From Pseudomonadota bacterium (GTDB lineage: Bacteria; Pseudomonadota; Alphaproteobacteria; Geminicoccales; Geminicoccaceae): DNA of 64,000 bases. The DNA lies in the NCBI GenBank assembly GCA_039197065.1, contig JBCCUL010000014.1, positions 36,119-100,118 of the forward strand, given 5' to 3'. Positions 26,936-35,540 of this stretch are shown here, piece after piece (within the stretch, counting starts at the first letter, position 1; each line of letters starts with the position of its first letter). Under the pieces are notes generated by a model. It was given only the letters and a program-made list of their open reading frames with translations. It did no database searches and was not told the origin of the DNA. The position numbers were made by a program, and so were the translations under genes.

Positions 26936-27796
26936 TCAACCGCTCACCCCCAGACTTCCGAGCGGCTCATTCGAGGTAAGTCGTCGCATCCCTTTGGTCA
27001 CCAGCGCCGACAGCCTGGTCGCCATCGCCGATTGCTGTCGGGGCTCGATGATCAAGTCGTTGCGTATCTCGATCATGACATTGGCAAGGCCGCGGGCGAT
27101 GGCGTCTACCTCGAGGGTGTGGGTGACGCCGTCGGCTGGGCCATAGGGCTCGTTTCGGCGGACGTCGAGGTCCGCCCATGTCGCTGAAACATCCAGCATC
27201 GCATCGGTGAGGGCTGTGTCGCGATCGTGAAGCAGACCCAGCTCGACGGTTCTGCGCTTGCCGTGGAAGACGGGCGTGAACGAATGCACCGTAACCACGG
27301 CCGGTGTTTTGCCCAAGGCCGCTGCTTGGTCGAGAACTGAGGCCACACCTGCCCGAAACGGGCGATAGATGGCGTCCGTGCGTGCGCGGCGCGCTGCATC
27401 ACTAAGGCCGGCATTGCCGGGAATGTCGAAAATCTCGCTCCTGACCGGCATGGCGCTTTCTGCCTCCGGAGGCCGATTGCAATCATAGACGAGCCTGGAA
27501 TAGCGCTGCAGGATCAAGGGCGAGTCCAGCATCTCGGCCATCAGCCGCGCCACCTCTGCGGCGCCCGGATCCCAGGCGACATGGCTCTCCAACACGTCAC
27601 GGCTGACGCCAAGAGAATCCAACGATCTCGGGACAAGATTGCCAGCATGCTCGCAGATCAGGACGACATCGCCGCCGCCATCTGGATTGACGATTTCGAC
27701 CGGCGGCTCCTCATCCGCGGCAATGAGAGGCGGTTCCGAACCGACCAATGTCAGGTTCGCGCGCCTTCGTTCCTCAGTTCCGATCGCTTCTGACAC
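26936..27796 (-). CDS. N-formylglutamate amidohydrolase (FGase)-family hydrolase
   Basis: VVLICEHAGNLVPRSL..., ...VTVHSFTPV... and ...EIRNDLI are FGase-family motifs. The start codon at 27796 is GTG. Confidence 0.8.
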   Translation of the reverse strand: MSEAIGTEERRRANLTLVGSEPPLIAADEEPPVEIVNPDGGGDVVLICEHAGNLVPRSLDSLGVSRDVLESHVAWDPGAAEVARLMAEMLDSPLILQRYSRLVYDCNRPPEAESAMPVRSEIFDIPGNAGLSDAARRARTDAIYRPFRAGVASVLDQAAALGKTPAVVTVHSFTPVFHGKRRTVELGLLHDRDTALTDAMLDVSATWADLDVRRNEPYGPADGVTHTLEVDAIARGLANVMIEIRNDLIIEPRQQSAMATRLSALVTKGMRRLTSNEPLGSLGVSG

Positions 27797-28297
27797 GTTT
27801 TGTCCAACGGTATTTCACACGACAGCATGATTGATAATGCGATGCAGGCGGACATGCCAGGGTCATCGATGCTGCCCGACCGGGCTTCATCGGGCTGGAC
27901 CCTGTCAGTTTTCGGAGTTGGTAATGATGAAGTTGACAACTTATTGGTTATAGAAATGATATTGATGTTCTCCTTCAAAAAGAAAAATTGACCTTGTTGG
28001 ACGAATGAAATCAAATGGTGAGCGAGTAACAGCGATTTTCTGCCAATCAGCCGATTGCTATTTGAAAACGCGGGACTAAAACTAACCCTGAAATTTGTAT
28101 GTAGAAATCTTGAGAACGCATGAATCGAGCTTCGTTGTCGTTCAGATTGGCTACCCGTCGGGAGGAATCGGTGTCGAAGGCTCTAGACGGCGTGATCTGG
28201 ATCACATCGTCCTTCGACGGCCCGAGCGAGCATGGGTCATGCAAATGACGTCTCGGAACGCCTTGGGCCCTAACAGCCACCTATAGGGTGAACCGTC

Positions 28298-30409
28298 GTG
28301 ATGAATGGGAACCGCACCATGTTCGGACGGCTTAAAGGTCAAACTTTCTCAGCTCCTCTTCTGGCGGCCGCTCTGGTCTTTGGAATCTCAGGCGATGTCG
28401 TCGGTCAGGCATGGGAGCTCGAACGCGAAGGTGGTGTTGGCGGCGGTGGAAGCGGCAAGTCTGGCAAGGTTGCCGCGCAGAGCGTTCATCCCGACGATCC
28501 CAGTAAAAAAGTTGGTGTCTGGATAGAGATCATCCCGGCCGATGCGCCCCTGATCCGCGAAGCCGAGGGTGTTCCCGTCAGCCCGTTCGGTGACGAAGAA
28601 AAGATCTTTGAGGATGCCGACGCTGATGCACAGGCGGCGGTTGTCGCCGCTCAGGCGGAGGCGGAAGCCATGGAACGCGCTTCGAGAGTGGGCGCCAAGG
28701 TTCCCTTTCAGCCAGAAGTCGCGGTGAAAACACGATCGACGCGAACGAGCCCGCCAACGGCCGCAGAACTCCTCAAAGGTGTCGTCTCGGAGCCGATCGA
28801 GTCGACAGAGCTGGCCGCTTTGCCCAGCGCCGAGCATGCGCCGCGTCCGGCGGCACGTCCGAAAGCACTCACCGACGTTGCCGCGACAGCGCCCTCGCCG
28901 ATCGAGCAAGCGCAGTTTTCGCCGAATACCGCTGCGACCCCCAAGGCGATCGTTCCGCCGCGCGCAGGCGATGGGTCGACCGAGGTTCCGGCTTTCGACC
29001 CGGTCATCCTGCCATCGCCGCGCAAGCCGGTTCAGCCCGAGGCGTCGGTGCAGCAAGCTGTGCTGGCCCCGAATGTCGCCGCATCGCCGAAGGAATCGGT
29101 GCTGCGCACCGCACCGACACCCGATAACTCGCTGGTGGAGCTCGTCGAGACCCCGTCCGATTATTCCTTGGCCGTCTCCGCCGGCACCGCCCAGATCCTC
29201 AATCTCAAAAAAGCGGTGACCAACGTCTTCGTCGCCGATCCGAATGTCGCCGACGTCGAAGCGCTTTCGCCGACACAGATCGTCGTGCACGGCAACGAAC
29301 TTGGCCGAACCAATGTCTTCGGTCTCGACAGCCGGGGCGATGTCATCTTTGCGATCGATGTCGACACGGTTCCGAACGCTGGCGCCGCCAACGCCCAGCT
29401 GAGGGCAGCGTCGCCGGCCACGACAACCGAGGTCGGACTGGAGGGCGGAACGCTGGTCGCGGCTGGCGAGGTTGCCGATGTCGGCGAGGCGATCGACGTT
29501 GCGGCCGTCACCAGAGGGCTGCAGAACACGCAAGGGCCGACGATCAACAACACCACCATTGCCGGTTCCCAGCAGGTCAATATCCGCGTCCGCTTTGCCG
29601 AGGTCAGCCGGAACGACGTGTTCAGTCTGGGCATCAACTGGGATGCCTTGGTGGACACCGGCGACTTCCTGTTCGGCCTGTCCACCGGAAACTTCCTGTC
29701 TTCCGTCGGTGATCTTTCCGCAAGAGAGATCGCCGGTCTCAACGACGAACAGTTTGGACGCGTCGATTTCGTTGGCGAATTCGGTGACGTCAGCATCGAT
29801 GCTTTCATCGATGCGCTGCAGCGGGAGGGGATCGTCAACGTTCTGGCCGAGCCTAACCTGACGTCGGTCAACGGCGCGCCCGCCAACTTCCTGGCTGGCG
29901 GCGAAATTCCCATTCTCGTGCCAGGCGGCGGCGGCGGCGATACCGTTACCATCGACTACAAGCCCTTCGGTGTCTCGCTGGACTTCATTCCGACCTTGCT
30001 GCCGGGCGAGCGCATCAATCTGCGTGTTCGCCCCGAGGTGAGTTCGATCAGCCAGGCTGGCGCGGTTGTGCTGGATGGCTTCTCGGTGCCGGCCTTTACC
30101 GTCCGGCGGGCCGAAACCACCATCGAATTGGCAAGCGGTCAGACCTTCGCGATCGCCGGCCTTTTTCAGCGGGACCTGGCCACCGACACCGACAAGTTCC
30201 CGGTCCTCGGCGACGTGCCGGTGCTCGGCCAGCTCTTCAAATCCCAGCGGTTCAGACGTGCCGAAACCGAGCTGGTCATCCTGATCACGCCCTACCTGGT
30301 CAAGCCGACAAGCAACCGCAATATCGCCCTGCCCAATGATCGCCTGGACACGCCGGCCAGTCCCCTGATCAAGAGAGACAGAAAGCGCGCGGGCTTTATC
30401 GTCAATTGA
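28298..30409 (+). CDS. cpaC: Secretin of the Flp/Tad pilus type (CpaC/RcpA) with an Ala/Pro/Glu-rich N-terminal extension of about 280 aa
   Basis: The C-terminal secretin core is VNVLAEPNLTSVNGAPANFLAGGEIPI...FGVSLDFIPTLL...ELASGQTFAIAGLFQ...KFPVLGDVPVLGQLFKS...ELVILITPYLVKP. The CpaC N-domain LNLKKAVTNVFVADPNVADVEALSPTQIVVHGNELGRTNV starts only near residue 300. Start options are GTG 28298, ATG 28301 and ATG 28319. Confidence 0.9.
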   Translation: MMNGNRTMFGRLKGQTFSAPLLAAALVFGISGDVVGQAWELEREGGVGGGGSGKSGKVAAQSVHPDDPSKKVGVWIEIIPADAPLIREAEGVPVSPFGDEEKIFEDADADAQAAVVAAQAEAEAMERASRVGAKVPFQPEVAVKTRSTRTSPPTAAELLKGVVSEPIESTELAALPSAEHAPRPAARPKALTDVAATAPSPIEQAQFSPNTAATPKAIVPPRAGDGSTEVPAFDPVILPSPRKPVQPEASVQQAVLAPNVAASPKESVLRTAPTPDNSLVELVETPSDYSLAVSAGTAQILNLKKAVTNVFVADPNVADVEALSPTQIVVHGNELGRTNVFGLDSRGDVIFAIDVDTVPNAGAANAQLRAASPATTTEVGLEGGTLVAAGEVADVGEAIDVAAVTRGLQNTQGPTINNTTIAGSQQVNIRVRFAEVSRNDVFSLGINWDALVDTGDFLFGLSTGNFLSSVGDLSAREIAGLNDEQFGRVDFVGEFGDVSIDAFIDALQREGIVNVLAEPNLTSVNGAPANFLAGGEIPILVPGGGGGDTVTIDYKPFGVSLDFIPTLLPGERINLRVRPEVSSISQAGAVVLDGFSVPAFTVRRAETTIELASGQTFAIAGLFQRDLATDTDKFPVLGDVPVLGQLFKSQRFRRAETELVILITPYLVKPTSNRNIALPNDRLDTPASPLIKRDRKRAGFIVN

Positions 30410-30421
30410 TGGGATGATTTG

Positions 30422-31102
30422 ATGTCGAACATTTCAACAGCCGCACGTCGTCGGCGCCCGGCGCTTTCTCTGTCGATTGCCTTCGTGGCGGTGGTTTTGA
30501 TGGGATGCGTTGCCGAGATGCCGTCCCCGCCTGGCAATGACCGGTTTCTGGTCGAGCCGATCCGTCTCACCCATCGTGTCACCTTTGCGAGCGGTGCCGA
30601 CGAGCTGAACCCGGCCGAACAGGATCAGCTCGCCGCTTTTCTGGACGAAACCGATCCGGATGGCCGCGCCGACATCTATCTCGATGCGCGGGGGCCGGAG
30701 AAGAACGGCCGGATCGACGCGGTCGCTGGTGCTCTTAGCGAGATCGGCCGGCAGAGTGCTGGCGCTGGTGGCGGCGAAGGATCCGAGTTCGGCGTCACCG
30801 TAACGCTTCTGCAGGAGGTCGTTCTTCCGGAGGCCTGCCTGAACAGTGATGGCTGGCCGGACCCAAGGCTTCCCCCTGCGAGCTGCACGCAGGCTCTGAC
30901 ATTGGTGCGCATGGTGGAAAATCAGGATGACCTGTTTCGCGGCCGTGAGCTGAGCCCCGCGCGCGCCGAGACCGCCGCCAATGCCGCTCTTCGCCATCTC
31001 CAGCGCGGTGCTCCGTCGGTTGAGGAGCAACCGGCGAATGTCGATCCCGAGATCACGCCGACCCTGCCGCCACAGCCGCTCACCCGTGATGCAAGCTACT
31101 GA
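30422..31102 (+). CDS. cpaD: CpaD-family pilus assembly lipoprotein
   Basis: Lipobox VVLMGC, then ...LTHRVTFASGADELNPAEQDQLAAFL... typical of CpaD. Immediately 3' of cpaC. The ATG at 30422 is used because the track start at 30419 is TTG. Confidence 0.7.
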   Translation: MSNISTAARRRRPALSLSIAFVAVVLMGCVAEMPSPPGNDRFLVEPIRLTHRVTFASGADELNPAEQDQLAAFLDETDPDGRADIYLDARGPEKNGRIDAVAGALSEIGRQSAGAGGGEGSEFGVTVTLLQEVVLPEACLNSDGWPDPRLPPASCTQALTLVRMVENQDDLFRGRELSPARAETAANAALRHLQRGAPSVEEQPANVDPEITPTLPPQPLTRDASY

Positions 31103-31153
31103 CATGGTCGCCGGCCGTTCGATCGACGATTGAAAACCTGACCTTACCTAAAC

Positions 31154-31192
31154 AAAGAGCGCTGCGACGAAGCCGTTGCAGCGCTCTTTTTC
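31154..31192. terminator. Bidirectional rho-independent terminator between cpaD and metY
   Basis: AAAGAGCGCTGC-12 nt-GCAGCGCTCTTT (12-bp stem), followed by TTTTT on the plus strand and TTTGTTT on the minus strand. Confidence 0.65.
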
Positions 31193-31214
31193 GTTGGGTG
31201 ATGACAAGCAAGCC

Positions 31215-32540
31215 TCAGGCGGCGGACCTGCCGCTTCCCGAACCGGCTGCAAGCGCCTGATCCAGATCCGCGATGATGTCATCGACGGTTTCCAGACCGA
31301 TCGAGAGACGAACCACCTCCGGCCCGGCGCCCGCAGCCTTTTGCTGCGCCTCGTCCAGCTGCCGGTGGGTCGTGGATGCGGGATGGATGATCAGGGAACG
31401 GGTATCGCCGATATTGGCGAGATGCGAGAAGAGCTCGCAGGCTTCGACCAGCCGCACGCCGGCTTCATACCCGCCTTTGAGCCCGATCGTGAACACCGCG
31501 CCGGTGCCGCGCGGCATCAGGTGTTTCGCCAGGGCGTGCTGCGGTGAGCTCTTCAGCCCCGGATAGGAAACCCAGGCGACGTCCGGGTGCTCGGCGAGAT
31601 AACGCGCCACCGTCAGCGCATTGTCGGCATGGCGCTGCATCCGAAGCGGCAGGGTTTCGACGCCGGTCAAGATCATGAAGGCGTTGAACGGCGAGAGGCA
31701 GGGGCCCATGTCCCGAAGTCCGATCGCCTTCGAGCGCACCGCAAAGCCGAAATCGCCGAACGTCTCCGCGAACTTCACGCCGTGATAGGCCTTGGTCGGC
31801 TGGGTCATCAGCGGGAATTTGTCGTTCTGATACCAATCGAAGGTTCCGCCCTCGACGATCATCCCGCCCATTGAATTGCCATGGCCGCCCAGATATTTGG
31901 TCATCGAATGAAGGACGATGTCGGCGCCGTGCTTCAGGGGTCGAAAGAGATAGGGTGACGGCATGGTGTTGTCGCAAATCAGCGGCACGCCCGCCTTTTT
32001 CGCGACCTTGGAGATCGCCGCGATATCGGTGATGACGCCGTCGGGATTGGAGGTGCTTTCGACGAAGATCGCCTTGGTCTTGTCCGTAACCACCGCCTCG
32101 AAGCTCGCAGGATCGGTCGGATCGGCGAAGCGCACATGCCAGTCGAATTGCGGGAAGGTTTCGGCGAACTGGGTGATCGAGCCGCCATAGAGCTTTTGCG
32201 AGGCGATAATCTCGTCACCGGGCTGCATCAGATTAAGGAGCGCGATGAACTGCGCCGCATGGCCGCTCGCCGTGGCGCAGGCCGCCGTACCGCCTTCGAG
32301 CGCCGCGACCCGTTCCTCGAGAACCGCCACCGTCGGGTTGGTCAGACGCGAATAGATATTGCCGAACTGCTGCAGGTTGAAGAGGGACGCGGCGTGGTCG
32401 ACATCGTCGAACACGAAGGAGGTGGTCTGGTAGATCGGCGTCGCACGCGCGCCCGTGGTGGCGTCCGGATTGCTGCCGGCATGAATGGCCAGCGTTTCGA
32501 TGCCGTAATCGTCGTCGTCAATCGGTGTCTCGTCGCTCAT
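31215..32540 (-). CDS. metY: O-acetylhomoserine sulfhydrylase (aminocarboxypropyltransferase)
   Basis: Cys/Met-metabolism PLP enzyme. The lysine motif is HSMTKYLGGHG, and the N-terminal segment is TLAIHAG...TGARATPIYQTTSFVF. Confidence 0.9.
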   Translation of the reverse strand: MSDETPIDDDDYGIETLAIHAGSNPDATTGARATPIYQTTSFVFDDVDHAASLFNLQQFGNIYSRLTNPTVAVLEERVAALEGGTAACATASGHAAQFIALLNLMQPGDEIIASQKLYGGSITQFAETFPQFDWHVRFADPTDPASFEAVVTDKTKAIFVESTSNPDGVITDIAAISKVAKKAGVPLICDNTMPSPYLFRPLKHGADIVLHSMTKYLGGHGNSMGGMIVEGGTFDWYQNDKFPLMTQPTKAYHGVKFAETFGDFGFAVRSKAIGLRDMGPCLSPFNAFMILTGVETLPLRMQRHADNALTVARYLAEHPDVAWVSYPGLKSSPQHALAKHLMPRGTGAVFTIGLKGGYEAGVRLVEACELFSHLANIGDTRSLIIHPASTTHRQLDEAQQKAAGAGPEVVRLSIGLETVDDIIADLDQALAAGSGSGRSAA

Positions 32541-32541
32541 G

Positions 32542-33069
32542 TCAGCTGTCCCTCTTCCTCAACCCGCCCTTCGGGCGTTTGAGCTGCACTGCCCGCCCGC
32601 GTTTCGCCGAAATCGTGCGGCGGTTCACGCCTATCCACCCGATCTCGCCGAAAAGCCGGCCATATTCGATCTTGGGACATCGGTCCATCACCACCTCGAG
32701 ACCGGCAGCCTCCGCCCGCTTCGCCGCCTCGTCATGACGGACGCCAAGCTGCATCCAGATGACCTTGGCGCCGTTACGGATGGCGTCCTCGACCACGGCA
32801 GGCGCTTCGTCTGACCGGCGAAACACCTGCACCATATCCGGCGGCGTTTCGAGATCGTCCAGGGATGCCATCACCCGCTCGCCCAGGATCTCCGAGCCTG
32901 CATAACGCGGATTGATCGGGATGACGCGGTAGCCCTTGTTGCGGAGATAGAGGGCCGCGAAGTAGGAGGGCCGCATGTCGTTGGCGCTTAGACCGACCGC
33001 CGCGATGGTCTTGACCTTCTGAAGAATGCGCTCGATCGCCCTGTCGTCATAGCGGAGCGTGCCGCTCAT
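32542..33069 (-). CDS. CoA-binding domain protein (YccU/YneT family)
   Basis: KTIAAVGLSANDMRPSYFAALYLRNKGYRVIPINP is the CoA_binding_2 signature. It lies 1 nt upstream of metY, so the two probably form an operon. Confidence 0.85.
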   Translation of the reverse strand: MSGTLRYDDRAIERILQKVKTIAAVGLSANDMRPSYFAALYLRNKGYRVIPINPRYAGSEILGERVMASLDDLETPPDMVQVFRRSDEAPAVVEDAIRNGAKVIWMQLGVRHDEAAKRAEAAGLEVVMDRCPKIEYGRLFGEIGWIGVNRRTISAKRGRAVQLKRPKGGLRKRDS

Positions 33070-33129
33070 GCTTTTCCCCCCAAACCCCGCACCGCCGCCG
33101 GCCTACTGTCTCAGCCGAACCCCGCGGGT

Positions 33130-33948
33130 TCACCAGCTGGGTCGGCGCTTTTCGATGAAGGCTTCGAGGCCTTCCTCGAAGTCCTTGCCGAGTGCGTTGT
33201 CGACGATCACCTCGGTCGTGAAATCGTAGGCGTCGCTCATGCCCATTTCCAGCTGCTGGTAAAACGCGCGCTTCCCGAGGGCCAGGACATCGCGCGGCTT
33301 GTCCAGGAGCCGGTTCACCAGCTCATCGAACGCCTCTTCCATGTCATCGGGTTTGACCACCTGATTGACCAGCCCGAGACGGAGCGCCTCGTCGGCATCG
33401 ATGAAGTCGCCGGTGAGCAGCATCTCCATCGCTGCCTTGCGACCTATATTGCGGGAGAGGGCGACCATCGGCGTCGAGCAGAAGAGGCCGTATTTGACGC
33501 CGGATGTGGCAAAGCGCGCCTCGTCGCTGGCAAGGGCGAGGTCGCAGGCCGCAACCAACTGACAGCCGGCGGCCGTCGCGATGCCGTCGACCAGAGCGAC
33601 CACGGGCTGAGGCATTTGGCTGAGTGTCAGCATCATCTTGCTGCACTGGCCGAAGAGGGCAAGGAGATCGTCCCGGTTGCGTTCGGCGCGCATTTCCTTG
33701 AGGTCGTGGCCGGCGCAAAAGGCTCGGCCGCGGCCTGCAATCGCGACGACGCGGATGTCGGGATCGTCCTTGATCGCATCGAGCTCCTGCTGGAGGGCCG
33801 AAAGGAGTTCCTTGTTCAACGCGTTGAACGCATCACCCCGGTTCAGCGTAAGCCCGGCGATGCCATGAACGTCATGCCGAAGAAGTACCGGTCCGGCGTC
33901 TTGCTTATTCGTCTCGGCATCGGCATCGATCTCGGCGGCCTCGGCCAT
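33130..33948 (-). CDS. Enoyl-CoA hydratase/isomerase-family protein
   Basis: LTLNRGDAFNAL..., VVAIAGRGRAFCAGHDL and ...VDGIATAAGCQLVAACDL are crotonase-fold motifs. The ATG at 33948 (MAEAAEID...) is preferred over the track start at 34059. Confidence 0.85.
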   Translation of the reverse strand: MAEAAEIDADAETNKQDAGPVLLRHDVHGIAGLTLNRGDAFNALNKELLSALQQELDAIKDDPDIRVVAIAGRGRAFCAGHDLKEMRAERNRDDLLALFGQCSKMMLTLSQMPQPVVALVDGIATAAGCQLVAACDLALASDEARFATSGVKYGLFCSTPMVALSRNIGRKAAMEMLLTGDFIDADEALRLGLVNQVVKPDDMEEAFDELVNRLLDKPRDVLALGKRAFYQQLEMGMSDAYDFTTEVIVDNALGKDFEEGLEAFIEKRRPSW

Positions 33949-34199
33949 GTCTCTCTCCCCAGCAATTCCAGGACCTGCAGCGGATGCAGGTCCGAAGACC
34001 TTTATATAGGGAAGGAGATGCCGTCTTCGCAATTGCTCCTTAGAGCATTTCCGGGGCAAGTCAATCCAGCCCGCACCCCCTCCCGACCACCCATAGGGTA
34101 CCCTTGCATTGGGTGGTCAGGAGGCGGTGCGGGCCGGTGCCGCGGAAACCTGACTGGAAAATGCTCTAGCGTCGAAGCCGACCGTGACGCGTCAGACCA

Positions 34200-34808
34200 T
34201 CAAGGAGAAATCGTTTCGGGTGCGCGATCGGTCTTGCGTTTGAGCCAGGCGGCGACCACCCGGTTGGCGCGCTTGTCCGGTTCGGCCGTCGTCAGGGCTT
34301 CCTGATAGACCCGTTCGCTTGCGGGCTCGTCCTCCTCGACCAGGCCTCGAAAGGCTTTTCTGACCCGGACAATCTCCTTCGCTGCGTCCAGGGCGCCGCC
34401 GGCGATGGTCATCTGCTGTCTGGTCACCTGCATACGGCCGCCGAAATAGAAGGCGATGATGATCGACAGGAGAGCCCAAAATCCCTCCGGCATGATCTGA
34501 TAGGCGCGGGCGATCTCGAGAAAACGGATGGGATCGGCGGGAGCGAGGATGAAAAGGCCAAGGATTCCTAATGTGATCAGCGGCCTTGGCAGACGGTTCA
34601 GGCCATCGACGAAGCTGTCCCAGCCGGTCGACGTGCGTTTGGATTTGAACTCCGCGGCGAACTGCTCGAGGGAGGCCAGATCCTGCCGGCTGATCTCCAT
34701 CCTCTCCTTATGACCCCGCTCTGCCTCATTCTCGGCGTTGGGCTTGAAGACTTCCACCATCTCCTTCGCCGGACGAAAAAGGCCGGTTACCGCGTTCCAG
34801 AGACTCAT
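34200..34808 (-). CDS. Holin of the gene-transfer-agent type (GTA_holin_3TM-like)
   Basis: A charged N-terminal region is followed by TM helices PLITLGILGLFILAP and FWALLSIIIAFYFGG and a charged C-terminal tail. ATGA overlap with the upstream endolysin gene. Family recognised from memory of the 'holin of 3TMs, for gene-transfer release' family. Confidence 0.65.
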   Translation of the reverse strand: MSLWNAVTGLFRPAKEMVEVFKPNAENEAERGHKERMEISRQDLASLEQFAAEFKSKRTSTGWDSFVDGLNRLPRPLITLGILGLFILAPADPIRFLEIARAYQIMPEGFWALLSIIIAFYFGGRMQVTRQQMTIAGGALDAAKEIVRVRKAFRGLVEEDEPASERVYQEALTTAEPDKRANRVVAAWLKRKTDRAPETISP

Positions 34809-35374
34809 GCCGCCAACCTTTCATCGCGATGATCGAATTCTGCGACGCGGTTCATCCATCCATTGAAGAACACCCGCTGCGACGGGTCGCGTTCGACGAT
34901 CAGCCGATAGAAGATGCGCCTTTCCTCGGCGAGGGCCGCGAGAAACCAGGGCCCCATAGCCGTCTCGGCCTTTCTGGCTTCGCGCCTGGTCTTTGGTCCC
35001 GACAGCCCGTCGACGGTGAGCGGCCCGAAGCTCGCAGCATTCAACACCTGCTGCAGGAACCTGATGGCACGCCTAGGACCGTGATTGACGGCGCTATCGA
35101 ACAAGAAGGGGCGCACGCTTTCAGGGAGGGCGTCGATGCGCGGTTCGAGATAATAGGCGCGCCGGTAGATTTCGGCGGCCAGCTCACGCGAAATCGCACG
35201 GACGTCCTCGCGGGTCACCTCCCGACCGAGATAGCGCGCAAGCGTCTTGTGGGTGATGCCATATCGGGTCGGTCCACCCCGGTCAGCCGGATGGTCGACG
35301 AAACCTCCTTCTCGACGGATAATATCGTTGATCATGCTGTCGACGCTCTTGGTCACAGGCAGTCTCCGAAGCAC
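34805..35374 (-). CDS. Endolysin: glycoside hydrolase family 108 domain plus PG_binding_3 domain
   Basis: IIRREGGFVDHPADRGGPTRYGIT is the GH108 N-terminal motif (EGGyv..p.D.GG.T.yGIt). ...FLFDSAVNHGPRRAIRFLQQVL...VDGLSGPKT is the PG_binding_3 part. The start is GTG 35374 or ATG 35335. Confidence 0.8.
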   Translation of the reverse strand: MLRRLPVTKSVDSMINDIIRREGGFVDHPADRGGPTRYGITHKTLARYLGREVTREDVRAISRELAAEIYRRAYYLEPRIDALPESVRPFLFDSAVNHGPRRAIRFLQQVLNAASFGPLTVDGLSGPKTRREARKAETAMGPWFLAALAEERRIFYRLIVERDPSQRVFFNGWMNRVAEFDHRDERLAA

Positions 35375-35540
35375 AGGATGTCAGGGCGAAGCGCGGCTAA
35401 GAATGAAGTCGCAAACAGTAGAATTTACTCCTATATATGTCAAGGGTTTTTGCCTTTGAGGCGGTCGCTTCAGCACGCCCGTTGACCCCGAGGATCCAAA
35501 GGTGCAGGCTCCGACCAACAACCGATGCCGGGCTTTTGCG

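Noticed and set aside
27797-28297. Search for an Flp-type pilin gene or other small ORF upstream of cpaC (for example 27800-27991, and a 42-aa ORF near 28120)
   Set aside because: No frame contains the Flp signature (G-[AS]-T-A-I-E-Y) or a hydrophobic pilin core. The ORFs present lack an SD and look random in AT-rich DNA.
28388-29952. 381-aa and 263-aa minus-strand ORFs antisense to cpaC
   Set aside because: Arg-rich shadow ORFs opposite a gene with a clear secretin core.
33070-33129. SAM-II or other methionine riboswitch upstream of the CoA-binding/metY operon
   Set aside because: Only about 60 nt are available, and I could not see the conserved SAM-II pseudoknot elements. A cmscan would be needed, so no claim is made.
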